Origin: an uncultured Planctomycetota bacterium
GTDB taxonomy: Bacteria; Planctomycetota; Planctomycetia; Isosphaerales; Isosphaeraceae
Reading direction: 5' to 3'
DNA length: 64,000 nucleotides
NCBI GenBank assembly: GCA_963737655.1
Contig: CAVTTN010000002.1
Location: 1,536,001-1,600,000, forward strand
Part shown: positions 42,103-52,772 of the stretch, one piece after another
Position numbering within the stretch: the first letter of the stretch is position 1
How the letters are laid out: every line of letters starts with the position of its first letter
Notes under the pieces: model-generated
What the model was told of the DNA's origin: nothing
Database searches by the model: none
The model's input: only the letters and a program-made list of their open reading frames with translations
Translations under genes and position numbers: made by a program

Positions 42103-44637
42103 ATGATGGTCGCCTCGCGATCGCCGACCGCCGACGAGATCCTCCAGAGGCGGGAGGAGCTGAAAGACCAGGGGATCACCGTGGTCGCCGAGGAGCTCCT
42201 CAGGGGGGCGTCGGAGGCGGTCCGCGACGAGGTCGCCGCCCGGCTCTCCCTGATCGAAGCGGCCGAGAAGGCCGTGGAGTTCGCCTGCTCGTGGGCCGGG
42301 GCGGGCCCGGCCGCCGGGCCGTTCGAACCCCTGGGCGTGGCCGGTCGCTACGAAGCCCCCCGGATCTGGGCCGGAGGCGGGATGGGCGTCGTCTGCTCGG
42401 CCCGGGACGTCGAGCCTCGGCCGGACTGTGGCCTACAAGGTCATGCGCCCGAACACCGGAACGATCGCCGGGCCGTCGATCGGTTCTTCCACGAGGCCGA
42501 GATCACGTCGAGGCTCGACCACCCCGGGGTCGTCCCGGTCCTGGGCCGGGTGACCGATGACTCGGGCCTCCCGGCGTATGCCTCGGCGTTCGTCCCGGGG
42601 CGGACGCTGGCCTCGAAGATCGAGGAATATCGGAAGGTCGGCCCGGACCGGCCGGGCGAGAGGGCCGAGGCCAGGGCGGCCCTGCTCCGGGCGTTCCTGG
42701 CGGTCTGCGAGGTCGTCGCCTTCGCCCATTCTCGCCAGGTGGTCCACGGCGACATCAAGCCCCTGAACGTCCTGATCGACGAGTTCGGCGCCACCCGCCT
42801 GGTCGATTGGGGCCTGGCCCGGGACGTCTCCTCGGGCGAGCCCGAGTCGGTCGAGGAAGACGAGGTGATCCGGCCGGGCACCCCGGTGTTCCTCAGCTCG
42901 TTCGGGCGCCCGGCGACGTCCGCCAGCGACATTTATTCGCTCGGCCTGACCCTGGCCCTGATCCTCGCCGATCCGCCGACGGCCCCGGAGTACCGGCTCC
43001 ATCGCTCGGCCGACGTCCCGCCCGCCCTCTGGGCCGTGGCGAGCAAGGCCCGGCACCCCGACCGCCCGAGCCGCTACCCCTCGGCCTCGGCGATGGCCGA
43101 GGACGTCCGCGCCGTCCTGGCCGATCGGCCGGTGGAGGTCCATCGCGACCCCCTGGCCACCCGGCTCCGGCGGTGGTCGGCCCGGCATCGGCCGGCCGTG
43201 GTCACGACGGCGGCCCTGCTCGCCGTGGCGGCCGTCGCCGGCCCGATCGTCGGCGTTCGGGAACGGGGGCTCCGCCGCCAGGCCGACTCCGAGAGGCTCC
43301 GGGCCGTCCGGTTGACCCGCGAGATGCTCGACCAGGTCGATCACATCGGCCGGCTCCAGGCCACGTTGCCCGGCTCCCGCGAGATGCTCGATCGCGCCGT
43401 GGTCCTGATCGAGCAGCTCGCCCGGGACGCCGAGGCCCAGGGGCTGGACCTCGCCCCGGCCGCCCAGAGCTTCTACCGGGCCGGGCGAATCCACCTGGTC
43501 CTGGGCCGTCTCGACGGCGCGGCCCGGTGCTTCCTCAAGGCGGCCGACCTGGCCGAGCGGAGCGACCCGAGGCGCCCCGGGGCCGAGTCCGACGAGGCGG
43601 GCCGGCTCCGGGCCGAGGCGACCCGCGATTGGGGCGTGGTCCAGGCGATGCTCGGCCGGTCCGCCGACGCCGACGCCGCGTGGAAGGAGGCGCTCGGGCG
43701 GCTCGGGACCGAGGCCCCGAGGACCCCCGGGCTCCGACTGGCCCGAGGCCGGCTCCTCCTGGCCCTGGGCAACGCCCGGATGCTCGCCGGCCACCTCGCC
43801 GCCGCCCGATCGCGGTTCGCCCAGGCCCAGGACATGCTCGCTCCCCTGGCCCTGGCCTCGCCCCGGGAGCCCAAGTCCGTCAAGCCGATGGCCGACGTCT
43901 TGACCAACCTCGGATACGGCCTCTACCTCCAGGCCGTCCCCGACGGCTCCCACCTGGCCGACCCGGCGAGGCTGGCCGAGTCCAGGCAGGCGCTGGCCGA
44001 GGGCCTCCGCCTCCGGCGATCGCTCGCCCAGATCGAGCCCGGCGACCCCGAGCACCTCGCCGACATCGCGGCGAGCCTGAACCACCTGGGCAACGCGGCC
44101 CAGGTCGAGGGGGAGGCGGGCTTCGACGCCGCGTCCGCCTCCTACCGGGAGGCCGAGACCCTGCTCCGAGGGCTGATCCTGGCCTATCCGTCGGTCCAGG
44201 GCCAGAGGCGGGAGCTGGCTCAGGTCCATTCCAACCTCAACGTCCTGCTCGCCTCTCGCGGGAAGGCCGACGAGGCGAAATCCTCGGCGGAGGCGGCCGT
44301 CGAGACGTTCCGCCAGCTCGCCCGGGACCGGCCCGACTCGCCCGACGCGCTGGCCGAGCTCGGGATCGCCCTGACCCAGCAGGCCCGGACGCTCCGGCTC
44401 CTGAAGAACGACGCCGGAGCCTCGGCCGCGAGCTACGAGGCGGCCGTCTGGCTGGCGAAGGCCGCCTCGCTTTCGGGAGAGCCCCGGCGTCGCGAGACGT
44501 TCGCCGGCCAGGCCGTGGCCCTCCTCGGCGAATTGGGCCTCCAGGGGTATTTCCGTCGGCCCCAGGCCACCGAGAGGCTGGCCGCCGAGCCCGCCTTCGC
44601 CGAGATCCGCCTCCGGCCCGGCTTCCCCGGCCCCTGA
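42103..44637 (+). CDS. second Ser/Thr kinase (divergent) with TM helix and TPR-like domain
   Basis: GGAGAGG RBS; GGGMGVV, HGDIKPLN, DWG, DIYSLG. The VAYK motif lies in another frame between two compensating indels (~42415 and ~42449). No APE motif. Confidence 0.85.
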   Translation: MMVASRSPTADEILQRREELKDQGITVVAEELLRGASEAVRDEVAARLSLIEAAEKAVEFACSWAGAGPAAGPFEPLGVAGRYEAPRIWAGGGMGVVCSARDVEPRPDCGLQGHAPEHRNDRRAVDRFFHEAEITSRLDHPGVVPVLGRVTDDSGLPAYASAFVPGRTLASKIEEYRKVGPDRPGERAEARAALLRAFLAVCEVVAFAHSRQVVHGDIKPLNVLIDEFGATRLVDWGLARDVSSGEPESVEEDEVIRPGTPVFLSSFGRPATSASDIYSLGLTLALILADPPTAPEYRLHRSADVPPALWAVASKARHPDRPSRYPSASAMAEDVRAVLADRPVEVHRDPLATRLRRWSARHRPAVVTTAALLAVAAVAGPIVGVRERGLRRQADSERLRAVRLTREMLDQVDHIGRLQATLPGSREMLDRAVVLIEQLARDAEAQGLDLAPAAQSFYRAGRIHLVLGRLDGAARCFLKAADLAERSDPRRPGAESDEAGRLRAEATRDWGVVQAMLGRSADADAAWKEALGRLGTEAPRTPGLRLARGRLLLALGNARMLAGHLAAARSRFAQAQDMLAPLALASPREPKSVKPMADVLTNLGYGLYLQAVPDGSHLADPARLAESRQALAEGLRLRRSLAQIEPGDPEHLADIAASLNHLGNAAQVEGEAGFDAASASYREAETLLRGLILAYPSVQGQRRELAQVHSNLNVLLASRGKADEAKSSAEAAVETFRQLARDRPDSPDALAELGIALTQQARTLRLLKNDAGASAASYEAAVWLAKAASLSGEPRRRETFAGQAVALLGELGLQGYFRRPQATERLAAEPAFAEIRLRPGFPGP

Positions 44638-45581
44638 GGATCGCGGAGACGACCCGCCGCCCTCGACGGTTCTTCGGAGGCGCCGTCTTCGCGGATCTTC
44701 GGGTGGACTCGCCCCGGGGCCTGACCCCCTGGCTCCGAACCACGTGCCTCGCCGGCGACCGTCCGACACGCCGGGCCCGGCCGGTGTCCGAGCCTCCTCG
44801 ACCTGACAGGTGGCGGATCGCCGAGACCATCACCGGGCCGTCCAGGACCGCCACGCCCGACGGCGCGATGAACCCCACGCCCTCGCCCCGGCCCTCGCGG
44901 GTCGCGGCCCCCTGGCGGATCATCGGCGAGGACCGGACGGTCCCCACGTCGCGGACGTAGATCGGCGTCCCGCCCGGCACGGCGAGATGGCCCGGGCTCG
45001 ATTCCGACGGCCTGGGGAGCGTCCATCCGCTCCCGCCGCCGGTGGCGATCCACGCGACGTGGCGTCGCGTGGCGCCTTCCTGAACATAAATAAGCCGCAT
45101 GCGTTGACACGCACGTACGGTATTGTGGAAGCTTGGGGACGGCCGCCTCCCTGGGCGACCCGGCCCGGCTTCCTCTCCTGAGTGAGAACTGCTCGGCCCC
45201 GGGAACTCATGGGTCGAGGATTGCTTTCAGGCTCGAAACACTCATACTATGTTGGCTGTGGGACTGTCCGCGGGTTGCTTTGCGATGCTGCAACAACCGA
45301 GGGGTTCAGGCAATGACCGGCCGACCCACGATTCGGTGGGCTGAGGCGATCCATGTCCGCGACGTCGACCCCTGGTTACGGGTATCCGCCACGGGCTTGG
45401 TAAGCAAAATGCATAGGGATGTCGGGGCAAAGCTTTTGCGAGGTCCCGTGAGAACCGACGACCCGAAGGTTATCCTCACATGGGTTGGAGTTCTCCCTTT
45501 ATGCTTGACTCGATCGCGGATCCCGGGCGACCGTTGGGCTCGGCCGGGCCTGCGCCGGCGTTACACGCGAGCTTCCAGAGC

Positions 45582-46751
45582 ATGACGTCGCCGTCTCGCC
45601 ACCGCCGCCTCCTCACGATCGGGCACTCCTACGTCATCGCCTTGAATCGGCGACTGGCGCACGAGATGGCCCGGGTCGGGCGGGACTCCTGGGACGTCAC
45701 GGCCGTCGCGCCGCGGTATTTTCGGGGGGATCTGCGGCCCGTCACCCTCGAACGGGACGGCGAGGAGCCCTGCGAGCTCGAGGCCGTCTCGGCCCGGATG
45801 ACCCGTGCGATCCACCTGATGTTCTACGGGCACGAGCTGAAGACGCTACTCCGCAGCCGGCCCTGGGACCTGATCCATTGCTGGGAGGAGCCCTACATCT
45901 TCGCCTCCGGTCAGATCGCCTGGTGGGCCCCGCCGGAGATACCGCTGGTCTACTGGGCGTTTCAGAACCTGGTGAAGCATTATCCGCCCCCGTTCAGTTG
46001 GATCGATCGATACTGCCTGGATCGCTGCACCGGCTGGATCGCGTGCGGGGAATCGATCGTGCCGACCATGCTGGAACGAGGGTACGGTCGGAAGCCGCAT
46101 CGGGTCCTGCCCCTGGGCGTGGACGTGGAGCGGTACTACCCGGACCGCTCGGCGGGTGAGGCGGTCCGTCGGCGGCTGGGATGGAGCGATCCCGGCCCCC
46201 CGGTGGTCGGATATCTCGGCCGCTTCGTCCCGGAGAAGGGGATCGCGCTGCTGATGGAGACGCTCGACGCCACGAAGGCGCCGTGGCGGGCCCTGTTCGT
46301 GGGCGGAGGGCCGATGGATGCGGTGATCGAGCGATGGGCCGCGAAGTACCCGGGCCGGGTCGTCGTCGTCCGCGGCGTGTCTCATTCCGAGGTCCCGGCC
46401 TTCCTCAACGCGATGGACATCCTGGCCGCCCCGAGCCTGACCCGCCGCCAATGGCGAGAGCAATTCGGGCGCATGCTGATCGAGGCGTTCGCCTGCGGCG
46501 TCCCGGTCATCGCCAGCGACAGCGGGGAGATCCCCTTCGTCGTGGCCGACGCCGGCCGGATCGTCGGCGAGGCCGATCGCCCCGGGTGGCTCAAGGCCCT
46601 GTCCGAGCTCCTGGAGAACCCCGAGCTCCGCCGAGACTTCGCCGCTCGGGGCCTCGAACGCGTCCGCTCCCGGTTCACCTGGCCGATCATCGCCCGTCGT
46701 CACCTGGATTTCTTCGACGAGCTGCTGGACCTCCGCGCCTCTCGGACGTAA
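45582..46751 (+). CDS. glycosyltransferase family 4
   Basis: PLGVD, GYLGRFVPEKG, EQFGRMLIEAFACGVPVIASDSGEIP (GT-B E-x7-E motif). Confidence 0.92.
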   Translation: MTSPSRHRRLLTIGHSYVIALNRRLAHEMARVGRDSWDVTAVAPRYFRGDLRPVTLERDGEEPCELEAVSARMTRAIHLMFYGHELKTLLRSRPWDLIHCWEEPYIFASGQIAWWAPPEIPLVYWAFQNLVKHYPPPFSWIDRYCLDRCTGWIACGESIVPTMLERGYGRKPHRVLPLGVDVERYYPDRSAGEAVRRRLGWSDPGPPVVGYLGRFVPEKGIALLMETLDATKAPWRALFVGGGPMDAVIERWAAKYPGRVVVVRGVSHSEVPAFLNAMDILAAPSLTRRQWREQFGRMLIEAFACGVPVIASDSGEIPFVVADAGRIVGEADRPGWLKALSELLENPELRRDFAARGLERVRSRFTWPIIARRHLDFFDELLDLRASRT

Positions 46752-47254
46752 GAACCCCGGACAAGCCGGGGACTGGCCCCTCGGCCGCGAGGGGCGTATC
46801 CCCATCGATGTCCGGGATTCTCAAGCCCGAGCCGGTCGCTCGACCGGGCCAGGGCGGTGCCCTGCGAGGGCCCGCGCGAATCCTGGCCACTCGTCGAACA
46901 CCGGACGCGGGCTCGGCCCTCGCGCGAGCCACCGCGTTCCCCGAGGGTCAGAACCGCGACGCAACCCGAGGAAGACGCGAGCCGCATGCCGGCCCCGCGA
47001 CGACCGGCAGGTCGACGAAGCGGGGACGGACGCGACGCGTTCCGGCGACCGGGCCTGCGGGTGCGAGGGGACATCGCGGGTCGAAGCCGAGAATGGAAGA
47101 TGGCGGGAGCGCTCGCCGGCCCTCGCGGCTGGTCGGACCGGCCTCGCACGTCTTTCGGAATCGAGAACGAGGCCGGTGGCTCGGGGATTTCGTTCGCAAT
47201 CGCCGGTCGGCCTTTCTACGATGGTCTTGAGGGATCGGTGATGGAGGACGCTCG

Positions 47255-48781
47255 ATGATGCCCCCGGACCGAGACGGGTCCAGCCTGGACGTCGGCTTCG
47301 AGACTCAGGCCCTCCTGGACGTCCTCGGCGACGACCTGAAGGCCCGATTCCCGAGGCTGGACCCGCGAGCGATCCTGGCTCGCGCCCTCAAGGCTTTCTC
47401 GGGTCCGATCGGAGGCAAGATGGGCCGGGATGGGCCGGCCCTGCGCCTCCGGGGGGCCGATCCCGTCCCCTCGGCCTGCGTCCCGAGCCAGTCGCGAACC
47501 GAGGGCGGGTTCGCCGACCTGGCGTTCCGGATCGCCCGGGTCCACGACGAGGTCCGCCGGATCGGCGACGCCCTGGACAACCGCTCGGCCGAGCCGTCGC
47601 CCTGCCTCGGCTCGGCGATCCGCATCCTGGAGGCGAGGCTGGGAAATTCTCAGGAGATCCGGGACCGCATCCAGGCGGCGATCGCGCAGGCCCTGGAGAA
47701 GGCGGACCAGTTCGATTGCGGGCGGGAGTTCTGCCCCTGGTTCGCCCGGCTCCTGGTCCACAAGGTCGTGGAGGTTTTCCGAACCGAGGGGAAGGTTCGG
47801 ATTGACCGCTCGGTCCCTCTTGAGGCCCTCCCGGCCGAGGAGGAACCCCGAGAGCCGGCCCCCGGCTTCCGCCCGTGGTGGGACGCCGTGGGCGAGGGAT
47901 TGGAGGCGTATGACATCGAGGTCTCCCCGGGCTGGTACGCCCGGGTGGCCCGGCTCCAGCTCCAACGGCTCGGCATTCGCAATCCCTCGGATCAGGTCGT
48001 GGCGATCTGGGCCCGATACGGCCACCGCCTCCGCGAGAAGAAGGAGCGGCCCAAAGGCGAGGAGCCGATGAACGTCTTCGAGCTGCTCGTGGCCTACGGT
48101 TCCCACCGGGACTTCCGCGAGGAGGTCCGCCCGAGCGACCCGGCCGGGGCGGTCCTCGACGAGGTGCAGAAGGGGATGGAGGAACTGATCGCGTTCCAGA
48201 AGGCGAAGAATCGCGGGAAGGCATCGTGGGACGCCTCGCCCGACGGCCCCCAGGGCCCGGCCGATCGGCTCTCTCGGATGCAGGAATCCGGCTGGGGGCT
48301 GCTGGCCGGCCGGGAGGAGACGGACCCGGCGTGGAAGGCGGCTCGCAACCTCCTCTGGTTCAGTTGGTGCCTGAAAGCGGCGGCGACCCTGGCCGTGGCG
48401 CTGAGACACGCCGGGCCCCGGCCCGAGCTCGGGCCGTTGACGACCGCCCTCCGCCCCCTGGACGGCCTGGGCTCGTTCACCGAAGCGACCCGGGCCGCCG
48501 TGACGCCCCACCGGGCCGCCGTCAAGGCCCTGCCCCCGGGGCCTCCGCCGGACTCCGAGGGCCGGGCCCTGCTCCTCAAGGCGGCGGTGGAGCGCGCCTG
48601 CCTCCTCAAGCGGTCCGGAGCGATCGACCCCGAAGCCATCGACGCCGAGTTGCCGGACGCCGATTGGCGATGGTGGATCAGCCGGGTCACCGGCCAGGGT
48701 CGGGACCACGCCGAGGCCGCAGTCCGCCGGATGGCCGACCGGGCCGGCCTGGTCCCGGCCGTCTCCTTCGATCTGGCTTGA
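47255..48781 (+). CDS. hypothetical protein with a sigma-70 region-2-like segment
   Basis: GGAGG RBS; coding-like codon usage. RLGNSQEIRDRIQAAIAQALEKADQFDCGREFCPWFARLLVHKVVEVFR resembles ECF region 2. Confidence 0.6.
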   Translation: MMPPDRDGSSLDVGFETQALLDVLGDDLKARFPRLDPRAILARALKAFSGPIGGKMGRDGPALRLRGADPVPSACVPSQSRTEGGFADLAFRIARVHDEVRRIGDALDNRSAEPSPCLGSAIRILEARLGNSQEIRDRIQAAIAQALEKADQFDCGREFCPWFARLLVHKVVEVFRTEGKVRIDRSVPLEALPAEEEPREPAPGFRPWWDAVGEGLEAYDIEVSPGWYARVARLQLQRLGIRNPSDQVVAIWARYGHRLREKKERPKGEEPMNVFELLVAYGSHRDFREEVRPSDPAGAVLDEVQKGMEELIAFQKAKNRGKASWDASPDGPQGPADRLSRMQESGWGLLAGREETDPAWKAARNLLWFSWCLKAAATLAVALRHAGPRPELGPLTTALRPLDGLGSFTEATRAAVTPHRAAVKALPPGPPPDSEGRALLLKAAVERACLLKRSGAIDPEAIDAELPDADWRWWISRVTGQGRDHAEAAVRRMADRAGLVPAVSFDLA

Positions 48782-48795
48782 TCGCGAGGCCCGCC

Positions 48796-49638
48796 ATGAC
48801 GCTTCCGCAATCCGACTGGGAGATCGCCGCGACCGTCTTCGAGACCTATCCCGGCGGCGAGGCCGCGTTCTGGCGCGATTGGGCCCTGGGCCGGCTCCCG
48901 CCGGAGCTCATGGACTGGTTCCGCCGCCACGCGGCCAACGTCCTGATCGAGGACGAGGTCCGCGAGGCGGACGCCGCCCTGGCCCAGAGGGCCGACCGCC
49001 GCCGCCCGTTCGACTCCCCCGAGGGCCGCCGCCGGGAACGGATGGTCCTGGAGGCCCTGGCCTTCGCCGTCGAGGTCCCCGGCCCGATCACCGAGCTCGC
49101 CACCGGGGGCGCCCTGGAGGCCGAGGAGCTGAGACGACGATTCGCCGAGGCCCTGTTCCACGTGCTCGAACACGACCTGGACATCGCTCGCGAGTCCTGG
49201 GCCGGGGAGTCCGAGGCGGCCGTCGGCACCGAGGTGCTCCGGGTCGTCTTCTCGACGCTCGTCCCGGGCGCCGCCGACGCCCCTCCGAGCTTCGTGGAGA
49301 TCGCCCGGGAGCTCAAGGCCCTCCGCGAACGGTCCCGGGACGCCGGGCCGGCCGACCCGACCGAGGCGGCCCTTCGCGACCTGGCCGGCCCCCTGCTCCT
49401 GAGGTCGTCGGAGGGGGGATATCGCCTGGAGCCGAGCTTCCGCAACTACCTGAGGGCCCGGCTCCGCGAGGCCTGCCTGCGCCAGGGCTGGCAACCGAGG
49501 CCGGGCGGCAAGTTCAAGAACCTCGACGCCGCCTTCGACGCCCTGACCCGTCACCGGGTCCTCCAGGTCTTCCAAAAAGTCCGCTGGGTCAAGCTCGACC
49601 CCTGGCTGGCCGTCGATCTGGCCGCCGTCCCCGGCTGA
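48796..49638 (+). CDS. hypothetical protein (280 aa), possible sigma region-4-like HTH
   Basis: ATG 14 nt after the upstream stop, with a GAGG RBS; PPSFVEIAREL motif. Confidence 0.6.
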   Translation: MTLPQSDWEIAATVFETYPGGEAAFWRDWALGRLPPELMDWFRRHAANVLIEDEVREADAALAQRADRRRPFDSPEGRRRERMVLEALAFAVEVPGPITELATGGALEAEELRRRFAEALFHVLEHDLDIARESWAGESEAAVGTEVLRVVFSTLVPGAADAPPSFVEIARELKALRERSRDAGPADPTEAALRDLAGPLLLRSSEGGYRLEPSFRNYLRARLREACLRQGWQPRPGGKFKNLDAAFDALTRHRVLQVFQKVRWVKLDPWLAVDLAAVPG

Positions 49639-49660
49639 GGACCGGGCCGGGCTCCTCGGC

Positions 49661-52600
49661 TCAGGGGCGGGCCGGGGCGTCGCCTTCCTTCTTCGGCTTC
49701 TGGCCCGAGAGGACCTCTTCGAGCGCCTCGCGGAGATGGTCGCCGAACTTCGGGCCGCCTCCGACGAACAGGCGGGCGACCTTGCCGTCTCGGTCGATGA
49801 TGACGGTCTGGGGGATCGCGTCGGCCTGGTACTTCGCGGCCACGGCGCCGTCTCGGTCCAGGGCGACGGCCATCGCCATCTTGTGCCGTTCGAGGGTCGC
49901 GGCGACCTGCCGGGGGTCCTCGGCGAGGTCCACGGCCACGAGCTGGACGCCTCGCTCGGCGAACTCCTGGGCGACCTTCTCGACCTGCGGCATGGTCTGG
50001 AGGCACGGGCCGCACCAGGTCGCCCAGAAGTCCAGGACCACGACCCGGCCCTTCGCGTCGGCCAGGCGGAACGTCTTCTTCTCCTTCGTCTTGCCGTCGC
50101 CGAGCAGGTCCAGGGTGAAATCCGGGGCCGGCTGGCCGACCAGGGGGGAATCCGAGCCGGAGGGGCGGTCGCCGCCCTCGCCGTCCTCGCGGGCGATCAT
50201 CGGCTCGACGGCGTCGTGGAGCTTCCACGGCCCGAAGGCCAGCGATTCGGCCGCCTTCTCGATCGCCGGGCCGATCCACAAGACGTCCACGTCCTTCAGG
50301 GGCACCCGGCAGGCCCCGAGGACGTCGCTCTTGCCGATCAGGGCCGAGTCGGCGAACGAGCTCAGGGCGAAGGTCAGGCGGGTGCCGTCGGACCGGAGGG
50401 CCTGGACGCGGATCGGGCCGGTCGGCGGGACCGGGACCGGTTTGGCCTCGACCTTGTCCTTGTCCTTGTCCTTGTCGTCGGTCTTCGGCGGGCCTTCCTC
50501 GGGGTGGAGCCAGATGATCCGGGAGACGCGGTCCCGGGGGATGTCCTTGGTGTCCAGGCGGACCTCGACCTTGAGCGCCCGGTCGTCCAGGCCGACGATC
50601 CGGCCGCGGAGGTAGTCGCCGGTCAGGGAGCGGATCACCTGGGTCGGCGGGCTCTCTTTCTGGGCCCGGGGGAGGGTCAGCAGGCGGTCGCGCTTGGCCC
50701 GGGTCAGGCGGAGGAGGGTCGGGAGCGGGTCGTCCAGGTCCACGGCCTTGATCTTGTCGTGGGGGATGAGGACGGACTCGGCGATCGGCGTCTTGATCGA
50801 CACGCCGTTCTCGTCGATCTTCGTGACGAGGCCGGGGAAGACGTCGCCGGTGCGGAGATGGATGGACCGATAGGAGCGATCGGGCGCGCGGGCCTGCCCG
50901 GCCTGGTAGTCGGCCGGGTTGCCGAAGACGCCCGCGACGAACCCCGGCGCCGGCGAGGGTGGGACGCGGACCAGGGCCCGGGCGGCCGGCGTTCTCGGCC
51001 TCGGCGCCCGGTAGACGATCCGGCCCGAGACGCCCGGGGTCAACGCGCCGGACGACGTCCCCCGGGCCGGCCTCCAGGCCAGGGCGGAGCTCCCCGGGGC
51101 GTCGCGGCCGGCGGCCATCTGCCCCTCGAGCCTCACGCCGTCGAGCTCCAGGAACCCGACCGGCCCCTCGGCCATCGCCGCGTCGTTTCGCAGTTCGGCG
51201 GGGGCGTTCACGACCAGGGACCGCAGGGCCGGGACCGTCACGTCCCCCTCGATCCCGGGGACGCCCAGGACCACCCCGCCGGCCTCGAACTTCCGGGGCT
51301 CTCCGCCGAGTCGCGATCCCTCGCGGGTCACGACGGTCACGGCCCTCGGCCCGGCCGAGACCGGAGGCCCGAGGACGATCGAGGCGACTTCCCCGGCCTT
51401 CACCCGGGTTTCGCCGCCGTCGGCCCGGATCACCAGCTCGCCGGCCTCGGGGTCGAGCCGACCGACGGCGCCATCGACGGTCGAGCCGTCGATCCGGACG
51501 ACTCGCGATTGGCCGTCGGCGAGCTCCTTCGGAGGGTCGCCGGACCAGGGGCGGACCCGGAGCCGTTCCAGGCGCAGGGCGTTCGGGGCGTGGTTGGTCA
51601 GGGCCACCCCGCCCCGGGCGAGGCCGGCGGGGTCGGGGATCTTGAGATCGGCCAGGGGCTTGCCCGACTCCGAGGCGACCGTCAGCCGGCCCTTCTCCTG
51701 GTCGAGGAACAGGAGGAACCGGGACCGGCCCGAGCCTCGGACCTCCTGGACCGGGGCGAGGTCGGCGGCGGCCTCGGTTTCCCGGAGGGCGACGAGCTTG
51801 CCGTCCCAGACTTCCAGGCGGAACCCCCGGGCGTCGGCCTCGTCGGTCCTGGGATCGACGCCCAGGGCCAGCGTGAAGTCGGCCGAGCGGTCCCAGGAGA
51901 GTTCGACCTCGATGGCCGCGCGGGTCGGCAGCTTCGCGTCTCGTCGGAGGGTAGTCCCGTCCCTGTCGCTCACGAGGACGCCGGAATCGTCGTGCCAGCC
52001 CTTGTTGGGAGAGGTCTCCGACCATCCCTCCAGGCCGTTGGGCCCGGAATCGACGAGCCCGGAGCCTTCGCCCAGGCGATCGACCCGGTGGACGCCCTTC
52101 CGGGCGATCTTCAGGAGGCCCAGGGGCGGGGAATCGATCGTGATCCAGGAGTCATCCAGGGCCTTGAGCGACCCGAACACGAGGTCGCCGCCGGGCATCT
52201 CGACGACGAACGGCCCCGGGGCCGGCTTCGAGGCGTCCGCGGGCCAGCGAAGATCCTTCACCGCCGACAGCGGGAATTCCAACGGCTCGACGAACGCCGG
52301 CGACTTCCAGCGGACGGCTCGGGGGGCGTCGGACGCCGCCAGGTCGCCCGCCACGAACCCGCCGAGGTAGATCGAGAGGACCGGGACGTCCGTCGGAGGG
52401 CCCGGGGGGGGCGGGGCGGCCGCGGGCTCGGCGGGGTTGACGTTCTGGAAGACCATCACCTGGCCGTTCACCAGGACCCGCTGTTGCTGGGCCACCGCCT
52501 GGAGCTGGACCTGCTGCTGGAGCTGGACCTGCTGTTGCTGGACCTGCTGTTGCTGGACCTGCTGGATCTGGAGCCGCAGGAGGGCCTCCGCCCGGGCCTG

Positions 52601-52723
52601 CTCCGCCTGCTGGAGACGGAGCTTCGCCGCTTCCAGGGCCTTCAGCCGGTCCGCGTCCTGGCCGATCGCCGAGGAGGAGGCGGCCAGGGCGATCGTCAGG
52701 GCGAGGATCGAGGCGGTTCTCAT
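49661..52723 (-). CDS. large secreted protein with C-terminal TlpA-like thiol-disulfide oxidoreductase domain
   Basis: Signal peptide; Gln-rich N-terminus; C-terminal APDFTL..GRVVVLDFWATWCGPC..IPQTVIIDRDGKV. Confidence 0.85.
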   Translation of the reverse strand: MRTASILALTIALAASSSAIGQDADRLKALEAAKLRLQQAEQARAEALLRLQIQQVQQQQVQQQQVQLQQQVQLQAVAQQQRVLVNGQVMVFQNVNPAEPAAAPPPPGPPTDVPVLSIYLGGFVAGDLAASDAPRAVRWKSPAFVEPLEFPLSAVKDLRWPADASKPAPGPFVVEMPGGDLVFGSLKALDDSWITIDSPPLGLLKIARKGVHRVDRLGEGSGLVDSGPNGLEGWSETSPNKGWHDDSGVLVSDRDGTTLRRDAKLPTRAAIEVELSWDRSADFTLALGVDPRTDEADARGFRLEVWDGKLVALRETEAAADLAPVQEVRGSGRSRFLLFLDQEKGRLTVASESGKPLADLKIPDPAGLARGGVALTNHAPNALRLERLRVRPWSGDPPKELADGQSRVVRIDGSTVDGAVGRLDPEAGELVIRADGGETRVKAGEVASIVLGPPVSAGPRAVTVVTREGSRLGGEPRKFEAGGVVLGVPGIEGDVTVPALRSLVVNAPAELRNDAAMAEGPVGFLELDGVRLEGQMAAGRDAPGSSALAWRPARGTSSGALTPGVSGRIVYRAPRPRTPAARALVRVPPSPAPGFVAGVFGNPADYQAGQARAPDRSYRSIHLRTGDVFPGLVTKIDENGVSIKTPIAESVLIPHDKIKAVDLDDPLPTLLRLTRAKRDRLLTLPRAQKESPPTQVIRSLTGDYLRGRIVGLDDRALKVEVRLDTKDIPRDRVSRIIWLHPEEGPPKTDDKDKDKDKVEAKPVPVPPTGPIRVQALRSDGTRLTFALSSFADSALIGKSDVLGACRVPLKDVDVLWIGPAIEKAAESLAFGPWKLHDAVEPMIAREDGEGGDRPSGSDSPLVGQPAPDFTLDLLGDGKTKEKKTFRLADAKGRVVVLDFWATWCGPCLQTMPQVEKVAQEFAERGVQLVAVDLAEDPRQVAATLERHKMAMAVALDRDGAVAAKYQADAIPQTVIIDRDGKVARLFVGGGPKFGDHLREALEEVLSGQKPKKEGDAPARP

Positions 52724-52772
52724 GGGATCGGGGTCCTTCGCCGTCGGGGGTCGGTCCCGGGCCTCGGGGGCG

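Noticed and set aside
45104..45126. TTGACA...TATTGT sigma70 promoter
   Set aside because: The spacer is only 11 bp.
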